The notes under the pieces: generated by a model
What the model saw: the letters and a program-made list of their open reading frames with translations, nothing else
Databases searched by the model: none
Told to the model about the DNA's origin: nothing
Position numbers and translations under genes: made by a program
NCBI GenBank assembly: GCA_044226015.1
Contig: JBGAHS010000006.1
Coordinates: forward strand, 256,001 to 320,000
From: Candidatus Obscuribacteraceae bacterium
GTDB lineage: Bacteria > Cyanobacteriota > Vampirovibrionia > Obscuribacterales > Obscuribacteraceae
Length of the DNA stretch: 64,000 nt
Direction of reading: 5' to 3'
In this document: in pieces, positions 58,368 to 64,000 of the stretch
Layout of the letters: every line of letters starts with the position of its first letter
Numbering within the stretch: the stretch's first letter is position 1

Positions 58368-59822
58368 ATGAAAGACGAAAAATATGGACTTGGTGAAACT
58401 AGCTTTACTCAAGACCAGTTGGACGAATTGATGAGCCCTACCCTTGCAGAGGAAAGAGCCAGAAAGCGCAAGTTTGATGAAACGCTCATGGGCATCTTCA
58501 CTGGTGACAGCGAGGATTTTTCAGGACCTTACAAACTTCGAACTGTAGTTGAATCAGAATCATGGTTGATTCCGCTAACAGACGCTGGAAAACCTTTGAT
58601 TCTCAACGTAAAGAAAGGCGAACACGAGAAGCTTTTTGCAAGCATCTCAAAAAAAGACGGACGACGCACTGATAGGGAAGGCAACGGCGGACAGCTACTA
58701 CCGGTGCTACAAAACAAAATGGGAAACATAGAACATTATAAACAAGTCAACGGGAGAGAACTTGCAAGATCAATTCCAAAAGGAATTACTGGTCTATTGG
58801 TCGAGTGGACTGAACTGGAATCCAATTCACTGAGAGAACTGGACAAAGAACACTTTCACGAATTGAGCGCGTTAGCGGATGCTATCGAAATCGAAGATAA
58901 GCTGATGAATGAAATATTCGTAGATGTCGAAGCATTTAAGAAATACTCATTCCTGGTTATGTTATTTAAGAACAAGCTCTGGATGAATGACAATGTAGCG
59001 CAGATTGCCACCTATGAAGATAGCTACTACTTGAACGATAGTGAAGTAAGAGTTGAGCGAATGGATGGAAGTACGATCATCTCAAAAGTGCTTGCTGACT
59101 CAGATTATTGCGGCATAGTCGTTAACCCAGGTTATGAAGTCGGACGAAAAGGCGAGAACAAACGTGGTTTGCTCTTATCAATGCACCACATCAAGCGACT
59201 CGCCCGCAATGAAGTCGGTCCGTATAGAGTTAAGGAATACGTTACTCGTAGCCGCGAAGAATTTGAGCTCTGGTTGGAACAAACCTTTTTTCCAACTCCC
59301 TACGAAATAGTTGAAGAGAAAGATTCCTCAGGGAAAATATTCCTGCACGCAGTTTCGCATGCAGCAGAATCAAAATGGGAAAGCATTGAATTCCAAAATG
59401 CAAAAGAGAAGAATTACACTGAAACGCCAAAATTCGAGCTGAGATTAGCTCCGGGAAACCCAGATGAACTAGCAGCAGGAACAAGCTCAATCCTTTGTCC
59501 AGCATTATTGGCTCGCAGGCTATTCGTTATGCTTCCGCAAGAACGTCGGCGCGACTACAAATGGTTACCAGGCAAGTCATTCGGGCTCGGACGACTCTTA
59601 AGCGAGCAGGACATTACAAACTCAAAACTACGAGTACGATTGGCAAATGAAATACTAAAACTAATGCCAGCTGCTGCCGAATCCATTGAAAGAACTTCAA
59701 TGTTGACCGTAGATGGAGCGAGCTTTATGGCTTGGGGTAAAGACCTTCCCACAAGAACATGGATTGAAAGTGCTCGTGATCAGTCCAAGAAGTTTGATAA
59801 GAAACTCGTCATGGGTGTGTAA
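58368..59822 (+). CDS. Hypothetical protein
   Basis: 484-aa ORF with AGGA SD. Confidence 0.75.
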   Translation: MKDEKYGLGETSFTQDQLDELMSPTLAEERARKRKFDETLMGIFTGDSEDFSGPYKLRTVVESESWLIPLTDAGKPLILNVKKGEHEKLFASISKKDGRRTDREGNGGQLLPVLQNKMGNIEHYKQVNGRELARSIPKGITGLLVEWTELESNSLRELDKEHFHELSALADAIEIEDKLMNEIFVDVEAFKKYSFLVMLFKNKLWMNDNVAQIATYEDSYYLNDSEVRVERMDGSTIISKVLADSDYCGIVVNPGYEVGRKGENKRGLLLSMHHIKRLARNEVGPYRVKEYVTRSREEFELWLEQTFFPTPYEIVEEKDSSGKIFLHAVSHAAESKWESIEFQNAKEKNYTETPKFELRLAPGNPDELAAGTSSILCPALLARRLFVMLPQERRRDYKWLPGKSFGLGRLLSEQDITNSKLRVRLANEILKLMPAAAESIERTSMLTVDGASFMAWGKDLPTRTWIESARDQSKKFDKKLVMGV

Positions 59823-59882
59823 TCAGGCTTAATTAATGAGTTTTTGGGCATAGTGAATCTGGGGGATTAGAGGTTTTCGCAC

Positions 59883-61472
59883 TTGTCCGAAAAAGACGAG
59901 CCCAAAAGTAGCCCAGCACCCGAGCGTGTAGAAACCGCTCAGGATTCGTCGCGACAGCAAGCGCCAGACTTCCGCGCTGATGACTTATTGAAGCAACGAA
60001 ATGAGGTCATACCGAAGCCTTCAGAGCAGAGTAACCCAGTACAAGCCGATGGAAACGTCAAATTCAACAACATTTTCGATGCGACGGCAAAGAAAGATAG
60101 CAGGGAAGAGCCTGCAAGACAAGAACCAGCAAGACAAGAACCAGCAAGACAGGAGAGTTCGAAGTTTAAGGCGAACATTAACGCTGACAGACCAATCGAA
60201 TTAGGGTCTCTCATGGAAAGAGGACCAGGTCTGAGCAGCAGAGATGGTGAAAATGTCAAAGCCACTTCATTCAAAATCTCCGGAGACTTGAGCAAGATAG
60301 ATCCGAAAAAGCCAACAGTGGCATTTCTGGACGATGCCAGCGTTAAAGAAATAAGTCTCGACAAACAGCCCTTAGATCACGCACATGCCAGTGCACTGGC
60401 TGCACAAAAAGGCGGCTACAATGCGCTAGTTTTTGATGTGAGCAAGAGCAACTATGAAACTGCAGCCAATGCAATGTTGAAGTCCTACGGAGATGGCAAA
60501 GCGCCAGGGGCTGCTGCTAAGGCTATTGAAGCCGCCAGACAAGAACTACTGAAAGCAGGTGGTGATCCCATAGGGCTGGATCAATTTGCAGCAAAGAAAG
60601 ACATTATGGGTGCGGCGAAAGCGTTAGCTGCAGCTAGCAATGACTTTTCCAAACCGATATCAGAAGTAGCAGCTAAAGTGGAAAAGGGCGAATTGCCTCT
60701 TGGTCGAGGTGATGTTCTGAACGTCAGCATGGGCAAAGTTGCTGAATACGACAAAAGCGGAAAGGAAAAACCGGGCTCGGGAGACCCGACATTTGCCGAC
60801 CTGAGCAAGAAGATTGGATTTGAAGTGACACCACAAAATGTCAGAGAAAATACAGACAAGATATTGGACAGATTCAAAGACATCGCTAAAGATTCATCTG
60901 ACCCAGTCTGGCAGGCTCGAGCACAAGAGGCTCTACGCACAAACGCTGCAATTGACAGACTTCAAGCAACGGGTGTTGAGGTCGCACACGCAGCGAGTAA
61001 CGATGGCAACGATAGAATTGATATCAATTTCCTGAAGGCTAAGCACGAATTACAATCGGTGAATCCTGAAACCGGTCAACGAGACAAATTCTCAGGTGCT
61101 GGTAACCAATCCGTTGATGGCTCCGTTCCGATTTATAGAACCGATTCAAATCAGCGTGATGCCGTTTACTCAATGGCTGGCAAGGAATTTACTAACAAAG
61201 AACTCCAGGTTCTGAATGGTGATGTAGTAAACAGTTTGCCGCTCACTAAGCCAGGGATGATCAGCATGCCCGATAAGTTAGCTGGTACACCAGACGACTT
61301 AAAGCACCTCTATGACAAGGCAGTAGGACGTCCCGAGCCACCGACAAAAGTTGGCGCAAACGAACTCACCGCAGTTGCGGTTGGCAATTCTTTCAACAAC
61401 ATTCGCTTTCTTCAAGATCAACTAGCAAGGCTGCGCGCTCTCAAACAAGACAACGCAAATCTGCGCGGCTAA
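59883..61472 (+). CDS. Divergent subtilisin-like (S8) serine protease candidate
   Basis: VAFLD, DHA, VLNVSMG, VAHAASNDG and GNSF occur in S8 motif order. Confidence 0.55.
   Translation: MSEKDEPKSSPAPERVETAQDSSRQQAPDFRADDLLKQRNEVIPKPSEQSNPVQADGNVKFNNIFDATAKKDSREEPARQEPARQEPARQESSKFKANINADRPIELGSLMERGPGLSSRDGENVKATSFKISGDLSKIDPKKPTVAFLDDASVKEISLDKQPLDHAHASALAAQKGGYNALVFDVSKSNYETAANAMLKSYGDGKAPGAAAKAIEAARQELLKAGGDPIGLDQFAAKKDIMGAAKALAAASNDFSKPISEVAAKVEKGELPLGRGDVLNVSMGKVAEYDKSGKEKPGSGDPTFADLSKKIGFEVTPQNVRENTDKILDRFKDIAKDSSDPVWQARAQEALRTNAAIDRLQATGVEVAHAASNDGNDRIDINFLKAKHELQSVNPETGQRDKFSGAGNQSVDGSVPIYRTDSNQRDAVYSMAGKEFTNKELQVLNGDVVNSLPLTKPGMISMPDKLAGTPDDLKHLYDKAVGRPEPPTKVGANELTAVAVGNSFNNIRFLQDQLARLRALKQDNANLRG
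60105..60149 (+). repeat. In-frame 15-bp tandem repeat (xEPAR x3)
   Basis: gaagagcctgcaaga caagaaccagcaaga caagaaccagcaaga. Confidence 0.85.
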
Positions 61473-61478
61473 GGCTAA

Positions 61479-62069
61479 CTATTCTTTGAATGAACGCCAT
61501 AATCCAAGTTCTTTTCCATTGCTTGGATTGATGACCCATTCCCAGTCGTAAGCACCTTTTTCACCGCGATACTTATGACGAGACACAGCAAAATTACCTT
61601 TCCATTTCCCATTGGAAATTATTTCAAGACTGTTTCCATCAACAACATACTTCATTTTATGAGTTGAAAGATTCAAATCAATCACAGCACCTGATACAGC
61701 GAACGCACCGCAGAGAAAATACAGGTGCTTGCTGTCGGGAGAAAATTTGAGATCGGAGGCATCACCGATTTGCAAGTCTCCAAGAGTTTGTCCCGTTGCG
61801 CATTTGTCACCAGCTTTTACAAAAACCGTTTCTTTTTTGGTGGCAGTGTCGCCAATCCAAATCTCACTAGCTGGAACATCACCGGCACCAGTTGACACCA
61901 TTTGTGATGCACTTTTTGTATAAGCATAGAGTTTTTTGTCAGGCGAGAACACTCTTGAATTCTTGCTCTGTGCCAATGAAAACGGTGCTGAGCAAAGAGA
62001 GCCCAACACCGTTATGGAGGTCATCAGAAAAAGTAATCGGTTTTTATATTCGCTCAATTTCTTCACCAC
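61479..62069 (-). CDS. Secreted hypothetical protein with beta-propeller-like FSPD repeats
   Basis: Signal peptide; FSPDKK and FSPDSK motifs. Confidence 0.7.
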   Translation of the reverse strand: MVKKLSEYKNRLLFLMTSITVLGSLCSAPFSLAQSKNSRVFSPDKKLYAYTKSASQMVSTGAGDVPASEIWIGDTATKKETVFVKAGDKCATGQTLGDLQIGDASDLKFSPDSKHLYFLCGAFAVSGAVIDLNLSTHKMKYVVDGNSLEIISNGKWKGNFAVSRHKYRGEKGAYDWEWVINPSNGKELGLWRSFKE

Positions 62070-62101
62070 TCAACTTGAGAGAATATAATAGCAGTCAATC
62101 A

Positions 62102-62593
62102 TTACCAGTAACGAATAGTCCTGTTGAGTTTGTTCGAGAGCTTGTTCAATGATCTTGAGAGGCGATTGTTGTTGTTGTTGTTTCCGTAGCAATAACCATT
62201 GTTGTTGCGATTGTATATGCTGTTGTTATAGTTGTAATAAGGATTGTTGTAAGAACCGTTGGCAAGCAATCCGTTATATCCAGGAAGCAATCTGTTCAAA
62301 AATGGCACGTTGCTGATAGTTCCATTAGCGTACCCTGATGGTCCGTATGATCTACCAAATTGATCCTTATAAGGGTAGGCACCATTTTGAGCTTGCCATG
62401 CCGCTTCTGCCAGTGCTGCCTGATTCGCGTTTGAAACAACTTGGTTGTATTGCTGTTGTTGCTGTTGCTGCATGTACATTTGCATAGCCATCTGATTCAA
62501 TGCCTTGGAATTATCGCTGGCAAGAGCCGGAACGGCGCTCGCACCGCCTATGGTGATGGCTATAATTGCTGCGAAAATCGACTTGGTATTCAT
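62102..62593 (-). CDS. Secreted Asn/Gln/Tyr-rich protein
   Basis: GAGG SD; signal peptide ending ALA; polyQ and N/Y-rich tracts. Confidence 0.8.
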   Translation of the reverse strand: MNTKSIFAAIIAITIGGASAVPALASDNSKALNQMAMQMYMQQQQQQQYNQVVSNANQAALAEAAWQAQNGAYPYKDQFGRSYGPSGYANGTISNVPFLNRLLPGYNGLLANGSYNNPYYNYNNSIYNRNNNGYCYGNNNNNNRLSRSLNKLSNKLNRTIRYW

Positions 62594-62832
62594 TTTTTTT
62601 GTTCCACCTCATTCGGTACATGTTTAACTTGACGCCAGCTCAAGCCCAATGTTCCATACTCCAGTATGGTTTTCTGAAAATCATGTATTGACGGGCCTTT
62701 ACGACAGAAAAAGAGTCCGAATTTCACCCATTTGAGGTCTCGTTGTAGCCAAAAGACGATTTCGATCTTCAAAAGTTTTGACGGGAACCGCAAGAGGACC
62801 TTTGAGTCAAAACCAGAAAGGAGGATGAAAAT

Positions 62833-63027
62833 ATGAATCTGCAAGATTCGCCTGCCCCTGACTTAAAAGAAGAGCCTGCGAGCACAAGGTTCATTTTTCT
62901 GTCCATGCTTGGTCTTTTCCTCGCCACGCTTTTATGGATAATATTTCAGAGTGCTGACCCAAAGATTCAAAGCGCCATGCCGATAGACAACCCACCATTT
63001 TTGATGCAAGCGAACCGGAATGACTGA
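62833..63027 (+). CDS. Small single-TM protein
   Basis: GGAGGA SD; FIFLSMLGLFLATLLWIIF helix. Confidence 0.6.
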   Translation: MNLQDSPAPDLKEEPASTRFIFLSMLGLFLATLLWIIFQSADPKIQSAMPIDNPPFLMQANRND

Positions 63028-63109
63028 CAGGGAAATCAACCATAACAATTTTGTTGGGAACGACCTTCAATATTATGCGTCCCAACTTCACTTTCGCGAC
63101 GGGGGCAAC

Positions 63110-64000
63110 ATGTTAAAAAAGACTTTCGTCTATATTTCAGCATCTATGTTTCTATGCCCGGCGAGCGTGCTGGCACAAGAAAACACTTTGCCAGGCAATA
63201 AAGCAACTCCAACCGAAGGACGTTTTCATGCTAACTATCCTTCAAGCAACGATGGAAGCATGAGCTTACTGCGCCTGAACGAGAGTTCTGCTTTGGATGA
63301 TACTGACCACAGAAGTACTCCTGAATCGAAGTCAGAACAATTGCAAAACAAATTACCAGCTTCTGTTGTAGTCCAAACCAAGCGCAAGAAGGGAAAATTC
63401 AGCCCTTTTTCAGCACTATATCCGATATCACCCATAGAAGGATTGTTGAAGCCGGTCACTAAATTGCAAGAGCAATCACTAAAATTGCAGACTCAAATTG
63501 CGCAACTTACAAAACCCGTTTCCAGCTTGCCGCCGTCGTTGTTTTCATTGGAGAACCGAATAGCTGGTCTCAGCGAAGGCATGGCAGAAATTAAAAACAG
63601 CATGAAGAGCATTGACCAGACTCTACGTCCAATGCACGAGCATCTGGGAGGAGTAAACGAAGGGCTGAATCAAACTTACTCCAGATTAGATCAAGTGAAA
63701 ACAGAATTAGCATCTACCGAAAAGAATATAGTCTCAGTGCGAGAACAAATGGGACCTATTCATACAGAGCTAAAGAAAATCAGCACAGATCTCGCTAGCG
63801 TGCGTTCAAGCATGGCAGACATCAACAAGCCAATCAGAGAGCTACGTCAGCCGATAATGGAGTTGAAGGGACCTATCACGGAACTGAAAGACCCTATCAA
63901 GAATTTGCAAAAGCCTTTAGAGGAGATTCGGGGTCCGTTGAATCAACTCAAGTCTCCTTTATATGGACTAAATCAGCCACTCGGAAGCGTACATGAAAAG
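63110..64000 (+). CDS. Secreted coiled-coil protein with proline heptad repeats (partial; runs off the window)
   Basis: Open frame from ATG 63110 (MLKKTFVYISASMFLCPASVLAQ...) to the window end; absent from the track because no stop is reached. Confidence 0.8.
   Translation, partial: MLKKTFVYISASMFLCPASVLAQENTLPGNKATPTEGRFHANYPSSNDGSMSLLRLNESSALDDTDHRSTPESKSEQLQNKLPASVVVQTKRKKGKFSPFSALYPISPIEGLLKPVTKLQEQSLKLQTQIAQLTKPVSSLPPSLFSLENRIAGLSEGMAEIKNSMKSIDQTLRPMHEHLGGVNEGLNQTYSRLDQVKTELASTEKNIVSVREQMGPIHTELKKISTDLASVRSSMADINKPIRELRQPIMELKGPITELKDPIKNLQKPLEEIRGPLNQLKSPLYGLNQPLGSVHEK

Overview
Bacterial chromosome segment, about 45% GC by eye. The gene style suggests non-photosynthetic Cyanobacteriota (Melainabacteria/Obscuribacterales-like); this is inference only. 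1-14.9 kb holds a complete [NiFe]-hydrogenase locus: hypF-C-D-E, a maturation protease, hypA-B, a second divergent hypC, three universal-stress-protein genes, and a four-subunit group 3b (sulfhydrogenase-type) enzyme followed by a CoA-transferase. 18.8-21.5 kb is a tightly coupled methyltransferase / ATP-dependent RNA ligase / HD-phosphoesterase-P-loop kinase operon. It looks like a heal-seal-protect RNA repair system and is divergent from ppk1. 24-27 kb is a candidate toxin-immunity pair. 28.6-31.1 kb is a DAHP synthase plus chorismate mutase-prephenate dehydrogenase operon. It is preceded by a sigma70 promoter and two consecutive Tyr/Trp leader-peptide attenuators, each with a terminator and antiterminator; both leaders are missed by the ORF track. 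The remainder is mostly secreted or lineage-specific proteins (VWA, Asn/Gly-rich, thioredoxin-like, divergent subtilase, proline-heptad coiled coil), plus TspO, a GT-C glycosyltransferase, a CPA2-USP antiporter, a nuclease-DinG helicase, an LMF-family protein and a Ser/Thr kinase. No rRNA, tRNA, CRISPR array or transposase was recognised. All family calls are from motif recognition without database searches.
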